Source: Acidimicrobiia bacterium (GTDB lineage Bacteria; Actinomycetota; Acidimicrobiia; Spongiisociales; ZC4RG35). Taken from it: 64,000 bases of DNA. How positions within the stretch are numbered: position 1 is the stretch's first letter; every line of letters starts with the position of its first letter. Below the pieces are notes generated by a model, which did no database searches, had not been told where the DNA came from, and was given only the letters and a program-made list of their open reading frames with translations. Shown here piece by piece: positions 35,439-44,656 of the stretch. Made by a program: the position numbers and the translations under genes. The stretch spans positions 131,018 through 195,017 of the forward strand of contig JBGTLA010000095.1 of assembly GCA_041744375.1 (NCBI GenBank), in the 5' to 3' direction.

Positions 35439-36257
35439 ATGTCCATCACCAGCACGGCCACACCCCGCCCCCACTCAGTCGTCGGCTCCGAATTGGTCCG
35501 CCGGTGGGAGCCGCTCTCGGAGCCGGTGGCTGAGGTGGTCTTCGTGCACGGAATCGCCGAGCACAGCGGGCGCTACGAGAAACTGGGATCCCATTTGGCG
35601 GCAGAGGGCATGGCGATGACGGCTCCCGACCTCGTCGGGTTCGGCGTGACGGGCGGCCGGAGAGGCCATGTAGACGACTGGGTGCTTTTCTTGGACCAGG
35701 TCGAGGGCCATGTCACCGAGGCCGCGGCCACCGGCCGGCCCGTGGTCTTGATGGGCCAATCCATGGGTGGGCTCATCAGTCTCGAATATGCGTTGGCGGA
35801 GAGGCCCCGACCCGACCTGCTCGTGCTGATGGCCCCTGCCCTGGCCGGCGGCAAGCCCTGGCAACGACTGCTGGCCCCGACAATGGCCCGGCTCGCCGGG
35901 TCGCTCAGGCTGCCCAACGTGCTGGAGGGAGAGCAGTTGTCGCGCGATCCGGCGGTAGGCGAAGCGTATTTCAGCGATCCGCTGGTGGTTACCAAGTCGT
36001 CGTGTCGGCTTGGCCACGAGTTCTTCGTCGCCATGAATCGAACCAGGGTCGTCATCGACCGCCTCGATGTTCCCACCCTGGTGCTCCACGGGGGCCTGGA
36101 CACCATCGTGGCGCCGACGGCGACCGTCGACTTGGCAGCGCACCCGCAGGTGGAGCGGCGTCTGTATCCCCCGCTTCGCCACGAAGTGCTCAACGAACCT
36201 GAGGGCCCCGAGGTGATGGCCGAAATCTCTGCTTGGATCCGAGCGCGCATCACCTGA
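35439..36257 (+). CDS. alpha/beta hydrolase (lysophospholipase/monoacylglycerol lipase family)
   Basis: HGIAEHSGRY... followed by GQSMGG (nucleophile elbow). Confidence 0.75.
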   Translation: MSITSTATPRPHSVVGSELVRRWEPLSEPVAEVVFVHGIAEHSGRYEKLGSHLAAEGMAMTAPDLVGFGVTGGRRGHVDDWVLFLDQVEGHVTEAAATGRPVVLMGQSMGGLISLEYALAERPRPDLLVLMAPALAGGKPWQRLLAPTMARLAGSLRLPNVLEGEQLSRDPAVGEAYFSDPLVVTKSSCRLGHEFFVAMNRTRVVIDRLDVPTLVLHGGLDTIVAPTATVDLAAHPQVERRLYPPLRHEVLNEPEGPEVMAEISAWIRARIT

Positions 36258-36279
36258 AGCGCGATCGCCCGGATGACGC

Positions 36280-36915
36280 TCAGGCCAAGTCGACCACGAG
36301 TGCTCGGTGATCTGATCCGGCTACCCGTTCCACGCGAGTGTCTTTGACTTCGACACCCGCCACGAGAACATGGTCTATCCGCAGCATGGCCGGAAGCCAC
36401 GGTTGATACCCCCACGTGCGGCCGGGTCGTGTGCGTACACGGCGAGCCCAGGCGGCGACGCCGTCGACGAGGGTGCCATCCGTCAGCTGCCGGTAGGCCG
36501 GCCACAGGGGGGTGGCGTTGAAGTCGCCCACCACGACCGTCCGCGCCACGCCGTCGAGATGCGCGGTGAGCGCCTCGACCTGAGCGCGGCGGGCGGCGAA
36601 GGGAGGAGGGAACCCCACGGGATTGGCCAGGTGGACACTCCAGATCGTGATGTCGCCAGACTTTCCCACCATGGCGTCGCGATGGGGGAGGGGCACTCGG
36701 GTCACATCCATCGGAGAAAACGACGCCAAGCCGAGGCCGCTGTGATCGATGGCGGGATCGAGGCGCCCCTCGGGCAGCCGGGCCGCGATGACCTCGGCGG
36801 CATTCGGCGCCATCTCCTGGGTCGCCATCACATCGGGCCGGACGCGTTCGACCAATTCGGCCAGGAGGCGAGGATCGGCTCGGCCGTTGTACAGATTGGC
36901 GGTGAGGAGACGCAT
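36280..36915 (-). CDS. endonuclease/exonuclease/phosphatase (EEP) family protein
   Basis: LLTANLYNG...MATQEM...GDFNATP...SDHRALVVDL motifs. Confidence 0.7.
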   Translation of the reverse strand: MRLLTANLYNGRADPRLLAELVERVRPDVMATQEMAPNAAEVIAARLPEGRLDPAIDHSGLGLASFSPMDVTRVPLPHRDAMVGKSGDITIWSVHLANPVGFPPPFAARRAQVEALTAHLDGVARTVVVGDFNATPLWPAYRQLTDGTLVDGVAAWARRVRTRPGRTWGYQPWLPAMLRIDHVLVAGVEVKDTRVERVAGSDHRALVVDLA

Positions 36916-36947
36916 CCGAAGGCTGCATGGTATGGCAGGATTGGCCG

Positions 36948-37448
36948 ATGACGTGCAGCGGCCGTCTCTTGGTGGCGACACCACTCATCACGGATCCGAA
37001 CTTCGCCCACACCGTGGTCTACATCTACGCCCATGACGAGGGCGAGGGAGCAGCGGGGGTGGTGCTCAATCGACCCACCGACGAAGTAACAGTCGAGTAT
37101 CTCCCCGGGTGGCGGTCGGTGTTGGCGGCACCACCCACCGTGTTCTGGGGAGGGCCGGTGGCTCAGGACAGCGGCGTGGTCGTCATGGTCCGCGACGGCT
37201 CGATCGAATTGGTCGGCGACCCAGAGCCTCCACCCGACGGTCGGGCTCGACTGTTCGTTGGTCAGGCTGGGTGGGGCCCGGCTCAACTCGAAGCCGAGCT
37301 GGCCGAAGGCGCATGGCTCGTGGTCGATGCCCAACCCGACGACGTCTTGTCACCGTTCCCTTCGGAGCTCTGGTCCCGGATCCTTCGGCGTCAGGGTGGG
37401 CGCTTCGCCATGTGGGCCACCCATCCCCTCGACCCTTCCGCCAACTGA
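36948..37448 (+). CDS. YqgE/AlgH family protein (UPF0301)
   Basis: GRLLVATPLITDPNFAHTVVYIYAHDEGEGAAGVVLNRP...; start at 36927 or 36948. Confidence 0.7.
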   Translation: MTCSGRLLVATPLITDPNFAHTVVYIYAHDEGEGAAGVVLNRPTDEVTVEYLPGWRSVLAAPPTVFWGGPVAQDSGVVVMVRDGSIELVGDPEPPPDGRARLFVGQAGWGPAQLEAELAEGAWLVVDAQPDDVLSPFPSELWSRILRRQGGRFAMWATHPLDPSAN

Positions 37449-37571
37449 GAGGACAAACTTCTTGAACAAGTTTGCTGCAGCCATCGACGACAGTTCTCCT
37501 CTCAGGCCACGTCGACGCACCGACGGCCGGGCTTCCGCTCTTGTTGAACAACGTCCTCTAGGCTGACCCCG

Positions 37572-38270
37572 ATGTCGGTACCCAGACTTCGGTCCGCGCT
37601 GCGGGCTCACCCGCCCGGACTCGAAGTCGAGCACTTCGCATGGTCGGCCGGTGCCGATGTCGTGGTCGGGGTTGACGAGGTGGGGCGGGGAGCCTGGGCA
37701 GGGCCGTTGTCGGTGGGGGCGGCCGTTGTCCCGACCGACCGCAGGATCTACAAGGTCCGCGACTCGAAGCTTCTCACCGAGAGCGAACGTGAGGCCCTAT
37801 TCGACCGTGTCGCCGGGTGGTGCCGGGCGTGGTCGGTGGGCCACGCCACCCACCTCGAATGCGACGAGCTGGGGATGTCAGAAGCGCAACGGTTGGCCGC
37901 TCGGCGGGCCATCGACGGCCTCGGACTGGCTCCAGACCGCGTTCTGGTCGACGGCAACTGGGACTTCGTCGGCGGTGCCCAAAGGATTGTCGGCGGCGAC
38001 CGAACATCGCTGTCGATCGCGGCGGCATCCATCTTGGCCAAGGTCACGCGAGATCGCCTCATGCGGGAGCTCGCTCCCGAGTTTCCCCCCTACAACTTCG
38101 AGGGGAACAAAGGGTATCCCTGCCCAAACCACAAAGCAGCCCTGCAGGGCTGGGGACCCAGCGCCGTGCACCGTCAGAGTTGGGTCTTCATGGATCATCT
38201 GATGTGGAATGGCCTCACCCGACATCGGCGTCTGGGTGAGCAGCTCGAGCTGGGATTCGGCGCAACCTGA
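37572..38270 (+). CDS. rnhB: ribonuclease HII
   Basis: VVGVDEVGRGAWAGPLSVGAAVV...DSKLL...VDGN motifs. Confidence 0.85.
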   Translation: MSVPRLRSALRAHPPGLEVEHFAWSAGADVVVGVDEVGRGAWAGPLSVGAAVVPTDRRIYKVRDSKLLTESEREALFDRVAGWCRAWSVGHATHLECDELGMSEAQRLAARRAIDGLGLAPDRVLVDGNWDFVGGAQRIVGGDRTSLSIAAASILAKVTRDRLMRELAPEFPPYNFEGNKGYPCPNHKAALQGWGPSAVHRQSWVFMDHLMWNGLTRHRRLGEQLELGFGAT

Positions 38271-38387
38271 CTCGCCCTGGCTTGGTTGGAGGCGTGGCGC
38301 CTTTCGGGGAGGGACCGATCCAGCGGTGTGTGTCGGCCGAGCCACACGGCAACCCGGTTGGCCGTCCCCGGCTGCCCAGCACCAGGG

Positions 38388-39116
38388 TCATCGGGTCAGC
38401 TCGTCGAGATAAAGCGGCAGCATCTGGCGCCAGGTGGCCCAGTCGTGGGCATGGTCGGGTCCCCAATCGTCGACCCGATTGGGGACACCCCGCGAGCCGA
38501 CTAGTCCGGCGGCATGCCAGCTCTCGCCGGGGTTCTCCCACGCCCCCGAGCCGTGGGCGAAGATCACGAAGCGCCGGCGAAGCATCTCGATGTGGGGGCC
38601 CTCGGGAAGTCCGGGGAGATAGTGGAGGGGAGAGGACCAGTAGAAGTCGTCCCACCACGTGCCTTCGAGCCAGCGGCTGAGATCATACGTTCCCGACATG
38701 CAGACGGCGGCCCGGAAGACGTCGGGGTGTCGGCACGTCACCGCCAGGGCATTGAACGCTCCGATCGATGGCCCGGCGGCGATGATCTCGATGTCGTCTG
38801 AGTGGCAGTCGGCGCGCACGGCCGCAACCACCTCGTTACGAACCACCGCGTCGAATTGGTTCTGGACCCAAGATGCATGACCAGGAGGGGCGCCCCTCAA
38901 CCATGCTCGCCCGTTGAGCGAGTCGACGGAGTACACCTTGATCCTCCCGGCCGCCAGCAACGGTTGCAGGGCATCGACGAGACGGAACCGCTCGATCTCT
39001 TCGGAGTCGCCCCCCGCGGTGGGAAAGACCAGAACAGGCACCCCGGTGGCACCCCAGCGCGTCAGGCTCAGGGATTCACCGAGCCGGTCCGAGTGCCACC
39101 ACTCCCGAGCTTTCAT
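38388..39116 (-). CDS. esterase-family alpha/beta hydrolase (PF00756-like)
   Basis: ...VLVFPTAGGDSEE...CMSGTYD...; ATGA-coupled to the ATP-grasp gene upstream. Confidence 0.65.
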   Translation of the reverse strand: MKAREWWHSDRLGESLSLTRWGATGVPVLVFPTAGGDSEEIERFRLVDALQPLLAAGRIKVYSVDSLNGRAWLRGAPPGHASWVQNQFDAVVRNEVVAAVRADCHSDDIEIIAAGPSIGAFNALAVTCRHPDVFRAAVCMSGTYDLSRWLEGTWWDDFYWSSPLHYLPGLPEGPHIEMLRRRFVIFAHGSGAWENPGESWHAAGLVGSRGVPNRVDDWGPDHAHDWATWRQMLPLYLDELTR

Positions 39117-40375
39117 GCCGATGCGAGGCCGTCGATCCGATCCCTCTCCGTCTTGCGCCAGAACTCCAAGAGCCCCCAGAAGTGATCGGTGAACCGGTCG
39201 ACCTCGTGGGGGGGAAAGAGCATCTCCACCTTTCTTCGCACGGTCTCCTTGGCGCGGGCAGTACCGAAATACTCCCAAGCCACCTCATCGAGGTGGGTCA
39301 GGTTCTGGGCGCAGAAGTCTTCGAATCGATCGGTTTCATACACTACGGACGCAATCTGAGCGTAAGCCGAGAGCTTGTCGCGGTAGGGCATGGCGGAATC
39401 GGCGATCGCGAAGAACGGAGTCCAGTCGGGATGATGCCTCATCCGGCGTCTGGTCGCCGCGCAGTAGAGCGACCAACGTATCTTTGCCTTCACCAGCCAC
39501 GGTAAGTGGTAGTGGAGGCTCGTCACCTGGGAGTCGGGGCAAGCGTTGGCGAAATCGATGGGATGGAAGACGCCGTTCGAACGAAGAGCCTCGACAGAAT
39601 TGAAGTCCCAATTGAAGAACGTGTTGATCGTCATCGCCAGGTCGGTGAGGAGCTGCCAGTCGTCGGCGTCGAGGAAGTCGAAGTCCACCAGGTATCGCTC
39701 GTGGAGCGGAGCGGCGGGGTCGTAGTGGATCATGTGCACCTGGGGACCCACCGCCAGCACCCGGACGAAGAGGTCATAGGGTTCGATCGCCGCCTGCAGG
39801 TGCATCACCTGGCGCCCGCTTCCCTCGTAGGCCCGACGCAGGGCCTCCACCGAATCGACGCGCGACACCCCCCGCCAAGCCCCGCCGTCGAACGGCTTCA
39901 GGTAAGCCGGCAGTCCTACCCGATCGGCGACGTCGGAGAGGTCGAAATGTCGGGCATACGATTCGAGGGTCCTTCGCAAGTCCGGCTGGTCTTCGTACTC
40001 CTTGGGGGGAAGCAGAATCGTTTTCGGGACCGGCAAGCCCAGCCGGAGCATGGCGGAGTAGGACGTGTGCTTTTCCATCGCCTGGAGGGTGAAGGGGTTG
40101 TTGAGGACGTAGAGGTCGTCGTGGACGACGGCCTTCTTGATCCACTCACGCGAAGTGTGATACCAGTGGGTGAGCCGATCCAGCAACACGTCGTAGCGCA
40201 CGGGCTGGGCGAGGTCGAACGGCTCGATCGTAACCCGCTCCACCCGGAAGTCGATCGTCTCTCCGCCTATCCGAACCTTGGGATCGAGTCGAGAGAGGAT
40301 GTCTTCGTAGAAGATCGGCCAGCACAGGTCGGCACCCAGGCTGAGACCGATGAGTCGGGTGGATTCGGGGCTCAT
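39113..40375 (-). CDS. ATP-grasp domain protein (putative ligase) with long C-terminal extension
   Basis: Central ATP-grasp motif AYLKPFDGGAWRGVSRVDSVEAL; 420 aa; lies between two esterase genes. Confidence 0.5.
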   Translation of the reverse strand: MSPESTRLIGLSLGADLCWPIFYEDILSRLDPKVRIGGETIDFRVERVTIEPFDLAQPVRYDVLLDRLTHWYHTSREWIKKAVVHDDLYVLNNPFTLQAMEKHTSYSAMLRLGLPVPKTILLPPKEYEDQPDLRRTLESYARHFDLSDVADRVGLPAYLKPFDGGAWRGVSRVDSVEALRRAYEGSGRQVMHLQAAIEPYDLFVRVLAVGPQVHMIHYDPAAPLHERYLVDFDFLDADDWQLLTDLAMTINTFFNWDFNSVEALRSNGVFHPIDFANACPDSQVTSLHYHLPWLVKAKIRWSLYCAATRRRMRHHPDWTPFFAIADSAMPYRDKLSAYAQIASVVYETDRFEDFCAQNLTHLDEVAWEYFGTARAKETVRRKVEMLFPPHEVDRFTDHFWGLLEFWRKTERDRIDGLASA

Positions 40376-40384
40376 CTCGTGAGC

Positions 40385-41488
40385 CTACCGAAGCGAGTGG
40401 ATGAGGGCCGGGCCCAGGCGATCACGCCACGACAGCCACTGGTGCCCTTCCCAGACTTCTTCGTAGCGGACATCCAGACCCCCGGCACGTAGCCGGGGAA
40501 CGAGTGCTCGATTGAGGTCTACGAGACTCTCGTACCGACCCGCCGACACGTAGGTGGACACGCCCGCCAGCCGTCGGGCGTCGTCGATCCGGCCGACGAG
40601 ATCGACGATCGTTCCGAAGATTTCTTCTGGCCGGGTGTCGTCGATTCGATTGGCGAAGGATCCCGAGAGCAGCCCCAGGCCAGAGAACAGGTTGGGATGC
40701 TGCCAGGCAGTCGCCAGCGCGGCGGCGGCGCCGAGACTGGACCCGATGAGTACCGTACGGGTGGCGTCCACGTTCATTCGCTGGGCGACATGGGGGAGCA
40801 GCTCGTTCACGATGTGAGTGCCGTGGCCGGGGTGGTTGGAGTATTCGCTGAGCCTCCTCCGTGGGTGATGGAGGAGGGCGATAGCTGGGGGTATGGCTCC
40901 TGAATGGATGAGGTTGTCCAACACCGTGGTCAGGCCGGAGTGTTCCACGAAGTCGGGACCGTCGTGGACGATCACCAGTGGATAGGAATGGCCCGGATCG
41001 TGGCCGGCGGGGAGGTAGATCGAGTGGTGGCGACGTTCCCCCCATGCTTCTGATTTCACGCGAATCTCCACGAGGCGCCCCTGAGTGGATTCGGGTCGTG
41101 GGTGTGCCCACTGCGGCGAGCGGTAGCCGGGGCCGGTGGCGAGGGAGTTCGTTCCAAAGGGGTTGGTCGTCTTTCGCGGGTTCAGCGGATCCAGGATCTC
41201 GATGCTGCGGCCGTGGCGATGAACGGCCAACCGGTACTCGATCATGGCCGAGGCCGGAATGCTGACTGGTTTGACCCAAACGTCCGAGCCGGCGAGCCGG
41301 CTGAACTCGGGAGGTTGAGGGAACCCCGGCATCCAGGTGAGGAGGTCGACACCATCGGCCCGACCGCGCCACACGAACAGGGTTCTTCCCCCTTCGAGAT
41401 GGACCGGGGTGACGAGCTTGCCGTCGGCGAGCGACCGCTCGAGGTAGAAGGCGCCGGCGACGAGGCCGAGGTCGGAGACGTGATTCAC
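40385..41488 (-). CDS. esterase (enterochelin-esterase-like alpha/beta hydrolase with N-terminal domain)
   Basis: YPLVIVHDGPDF... followed by LIGSSLGAAAAL (nucleophile elbow). Confidence 0.7.
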   Translation of the reverse strand: MNHVSDLGLVAGAFYLERSLADGKLVTPVHLEGGRTLFVWRGRADGVDLLTWMPGFPQPPEFSRLAGSDVWVKPVSIPASAMIEYRLAVHRHGRSIEILDPLNPRKTTNPFGTNSLATGPGYRSPQWAHPRPESTQGRLVEIRVKSEAWGERRHHSIYLPAGHDPGHSYPLVIVHDGPDFVEHSGLTTVLDNLIHSGAIPPAIALLHHPRRRLSEYSNHPGHGTHIVNELLPHVAQRMNVDATRTVLIGSSLGAAAALATAWQHPNLFSGLGLLSGSFANRIDDTRPEEIFGTIVDLVGRIDDARRLAGVSTYVSAGRYESLVDLNRALVPRLRAGGLDVRYEEVWEGHQWLSWRDRLGPALIHSLR

Positions 41489-41521
41489 GACTTTGAGGGT
41501 ATCTCAAGCACAATCAGGCCG

Positions 41522-42757
41522 ATGCCTGTGAAATTGACTGAACGTGACCGAGAGTTGTTGGACGGCGTCGAGGGCGAGGGCACGGCCCTCGCCATGCGTA
41601 TCATCGTCGGAACGGCCGAGGCGATGGGTGCAGACGCCTTGCTCGATATCGTCTCGGCCCATGTCGACGGCTGTCTCCATCACGGCGTCGTGAGTCTCGA
41701 CTTCGCCCAGCGGCTTCTCGACGGTGGGGCGCAAGCTGTGGTTCCCACCACACTCAATGTCGGTTCGGTCGATCTGCTCCATCCCGAGCTTTTTAGGGGA
41801 ACCAAGGAGTCGGCCAGGGCTGGGGCCGAAGTGATGCACGCCTACGAGCAGTTGGGCTGTCGACCCACCTTCACCTGTGCCCCCTATCAGCTGGAGCAGC
41901 GTCCCGGCCGTGGTGATCAGATTGCATGGGCGGAGTCGAATGCAATCGTGTTCGCCAACTCGGTGTTGGGCGCTCGCACGGAGCGTTATGGAGACTTCAC
42001 CGACATTTGTGCTGCGGTGACGGGGCGGGCACCGGCGGTTGGCCTCCACCTGGATGCGGGGCGACAGGCCCACCTCATCGTCCGTCTCGAACTCCCCGAC
42101 GAACTACTCGATGAAGACGCCGCCTATCCGGCGTTGGGCCATCTCCTCGGAGCAGTGGCCGGCTCGACGGTGGCTGCCATCGTCGGCCTACCTGCTGCGA
42201 CTACGGAGGATCGCCTCAAGGCCCTGGGAGCGGCCGCGGCTTCGTCTGGTCCGGTGGGAATGTTCCACGCCGTGGGAGTGACACCCGAGGCCCCCGACCT
42301 GGCATCGGCGCTGGCCGCAGGAGGCGTCCGAGAAGTCACTGTCGACGAGTCGCGTCTGCGCGGGGCGGCGCGCCAACTGTCCACCGTGCCCGGCGGGCGG
42401 GTCGATGCCGTGTGCCTGGGGACCCCCCACTATTCGGCGGTTGAGCTGCGGCGTCTGGCAGCACTGCTGGCCGCCAAGACCTGTCGGATTCCACTTTTCG
42501 TCAACACCGGACGAGAGACCCTGGCGACCCTCGAGTCGCCGACCCGCGCCGGGCTCGAAACGGCCGGTGTGACGATGGTTGTCGACACCTGCACCTATAT
42601 AACCCCGATCCTCCATCCGACGCTGAAGACCGTCATGACGGACTCCGCCAAATGGGCTTACTACGCACCCGCCAACCTAGGCGTAGACGTGGTCTATGGG
42701 TCAATGGAGGCATGTGTCGCCGCCGCGACCGGAGAGGGGGAGGGAGAACCTTGGTGA
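41522..42757 (+). CDS. aconitase X catalytic (large) subunit, DUF521 family
   Basis: Starts MPVKLTERDRELLDGVEGEGTALAMRIIVGTAEAMGADALLDIVSAHVDGC... (AcnX-like). Confidence 0.7.
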   Translation: MPVKLTERDRELLDGVEGEGTALAMRIIVGTAEAMGADALLDIVSAHVDGCLHHGVVSLDFAQRLLDGGAQAVVPTTLNVGSVDLLHPELFRGTKESARAGAEVMHAYEQLGCRPTFTCAPYQLEQRPGRGDQIAWAESNAIVFANSVLGARTERYGDFTDICAAVTGRAPAVGLHLDAGRQAHLIVRLELPDELLDEDAAYPALGHLLGAVAGSTVAAIVGLPAATTEDRLKALGAAAASSGPVGMFHAVGVTPEAPDLASALAAGGVREVTVDESRLRGAARQLSTVPGGRVDAVCLGTPHYSAVELRRLAALLAAKTCRIPLFVNTGRETLATLESPTRAGLETAGVTMVVDTCTYITPILHPTLKTVMTDSAKWAYYAPANLGVDVVYGSMEACVAAATGEGEGEPW

Positions 42758-43164
42758 GAGTGTCCGGCCGGCTCCTCTCGCCGGGAGAAGGGAGCGGAGA
42801 GACGCTTCATCTCTCGGCTCCGGTGTCGTTCTGGGGAGGGGTCGACCCCCACGACTCCAGGATCATCGAACGCCGCCATCCCCAATTCGGGGTTCTCATC
42901 CGGGGGCGCGTGGTGGTGATGGAGGGAGGGAAGGGTTCGTCGTCGGGATCGTCGGTGTTGGCCGAGATGGTCAGAATGGGGACCGCTCCGGCCGGAATCG
43001 TGGTGAGCCGCGCCGATCCGATCCTGGCGGTCGGGGCGCTGGTGGCCGCCGAGCTGTACGGCCACCGCCTGCCCGTCGTCCTCGTGACCGAAGGCGATCT
43101 CGACGCCCTGACGAGTGTCCGTCACGTACACATCACCGATGGCGGGGTGGTGGCAGGTGGGTGA
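42754..43164 (+). CDS. aconitase X swivel (small) subunit, DUF126 family
   Basis: GTGA-coupled to the large subunit; conserved motifs include LSAPVSFWGGVD, VLIRGRVVVMEGGKGSSSGS and ...AGIVV... (DUF126). Confidence 0.65.
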   Translation: MRVSGRLLSPGEGSGETLHLSAPVSFWGGVDPHDSRIIERRHPQFGVLIRGRVVVMEGGKGSSSGSSVLAEMVRMGTAPAGIVVSRADPILAVGALVAAELYGHRLPVVLVTEGDLDALTSVRHVHITDGGVVAGG

Positions 43165-43181
43165 AATGTGATCCAGAAGTC

Positions 43182-44639
43182 ATGCCGATGGGCCGATATT
43201 CGATACCGATGGATGAGCTCGAGCACCAAGGGGACTTGGGCGACCTGTTTGGTCGTCTTCCCGTTGCCCTTTACCGGACCTCACCCGATGGTGAGGTGCT
43301 CACGGCCAATGCCGCCACTGCAGAGCTCCTCGGCTTCGAGACTCTCGGCCAAATGCTCTCCATGGGCGGAGTCGCCGGGAACGCCTACGTGGACTCAGGA
43401 GCTCGGGAGTCGTGGCGTGAGATCATCGAAGAGCACGGGACCGTCCACGGTTTTCTCAGTCGGCTTCGGAGGCGTGACGGCGAGATCATCTGGGTGCGAG
43501 ACACCGCCCGGACGGTGTGCGACGAGGCCGGAAGGGTCCGGTTCTACGAGGGGGTCCTTACCGACGTAACCCTCGAGATTCGGGCCACCAACGCGTCTTC
43601 GGTACTGGCCGGTGTCCTGGAAGCGACCACGGACTACGTGATCGTCTTCGACGAGGATGGGCTCCTCCAGTACGCCAATTCGGCTGCCCGGCGGTTCCTC
43701 GGCATCGCCGACGAGTTTCAGCGCCGGCGTCCCGAGTTTGAAGAAGTGTTTCCGGGGCGGGCATGGGAACCGACATTCGCTCATCTGAGCAAGGCCGGCG
43801 GCTGGTCGGGCGAGTTCACTGCGACCGACGCCGATGGCAACGACACTCCGCTGTGGACGGTTACGACCGTGCACGAGGGACGAGACAGCACCCGCTATGT
43901 GTCGGCGATCGCACGCGATCTCACTTCGATGAAGATGACACAACGGCGGCTAGAGGAGCTCGTGACCGCCAAGAACATATTCGTCGCCACGGTGTCGCAC
44001 GAGCTGCGCAACCCGCTGGCGGGTGTGGTGGGCCTGGCCGAGGAGATGAGGGACAGGTTCGAAGATTTCGCAGATGCCGAGCGACACGACCTCATCACGC
44101 TCATTGCCCACCAGGCCGCGGAGATGTCGTCGATTGTCGAAGACCTGTTGGTGGCCGCCCGCTCTGATGTCGGTGAGGTGGCTGTGGTGCCTGAGTTGGT
44201 CGAGGTCACCGAGCAACTCACCGGGGCGACGGCCGGTGTCAAGACCCCCCTGAGCTTTGACATTCCGGCGAAACAGCTGTGGGCGTGGGTTGACCCCCAG
44301 CGTTTCCGCCAGATCGTTCGCAACCTCATCAGCAACGCCGAACGGCATGGTGGTGATCACATTCGGATCTCCGCCGTCCGATCGAACGAGATGGTGATCG
44401 TAGAAGTTGCCGACGACGGCCCAGGAGTAGGCGCAGCCGACGCCGAGCGGATCTTCGAGCCGTACCAGCGCGCCAACGGTTCTGAGACGAAGAGCGGGTC
44501 CGTGGGCCTGGGGTTGAGTGTGGCTCGACGCCTCGCCCGGTTGATGGGGGGTGAGCTCGCCTATCGCCACGACGGAACGTGGGCGACGTTCCAAATCAGC
44601 GTTCCCGCTGCCGAGCGGTTCCGGGTTGAGAGCCGTTGA
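43182..44639 (+). CDS. sensor histidine kinase with tandem PAS domains (orphan)
   Basis: Two PAS-like segments, an H-box VSHELRNPLAGV, and HATPase N/G boxes (ISNAERHGG; DDGPGV; GSVGLGLS). Confidence 0.8.
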   Translation: MPMGRYSIPMDELEHQGDLGDLFGRLPVALYRTSPDGEVLTANAATAELLGFETLGQMLSMGGVAGNAYVDSGARESWREIIEEHGTVHGFLSRLRRRDGEIIWVRDTARTVCDEAGRVRFYEGVLTDVTLEIRATNASSVLAGVLEATTDYVIVFDEDGLLQYANSAARRFLGIADEFQRRRPEFEEVFPGRAWEPTFAHLSKAGGWSGEFTATDADGNDTPLWTVTTVHEGRDSTRYVSAIARDLTSMKMTQRRLEELVTAKNIFVATVSHELRNPLAGVVGLAEEMRDRFEDFADAERHDLITLIAHQAAEMSSIVEDLLVAARSDVGEVAVVPELVEVTEQLTGATAGVKTPLSFDIPAKQLWAWVDPQRFRQIVRNLISNAERHGGDHIRISAVRSNEMVIVEVADDGPGVGAADAERIFEPYQRANGSETKSGSVGLGLSVARRLARLMGGELAYRHDGTWATFQISVPAAERFRVESR

Positions 44640-44656
44640 CCCGTACCATCCCGGAG

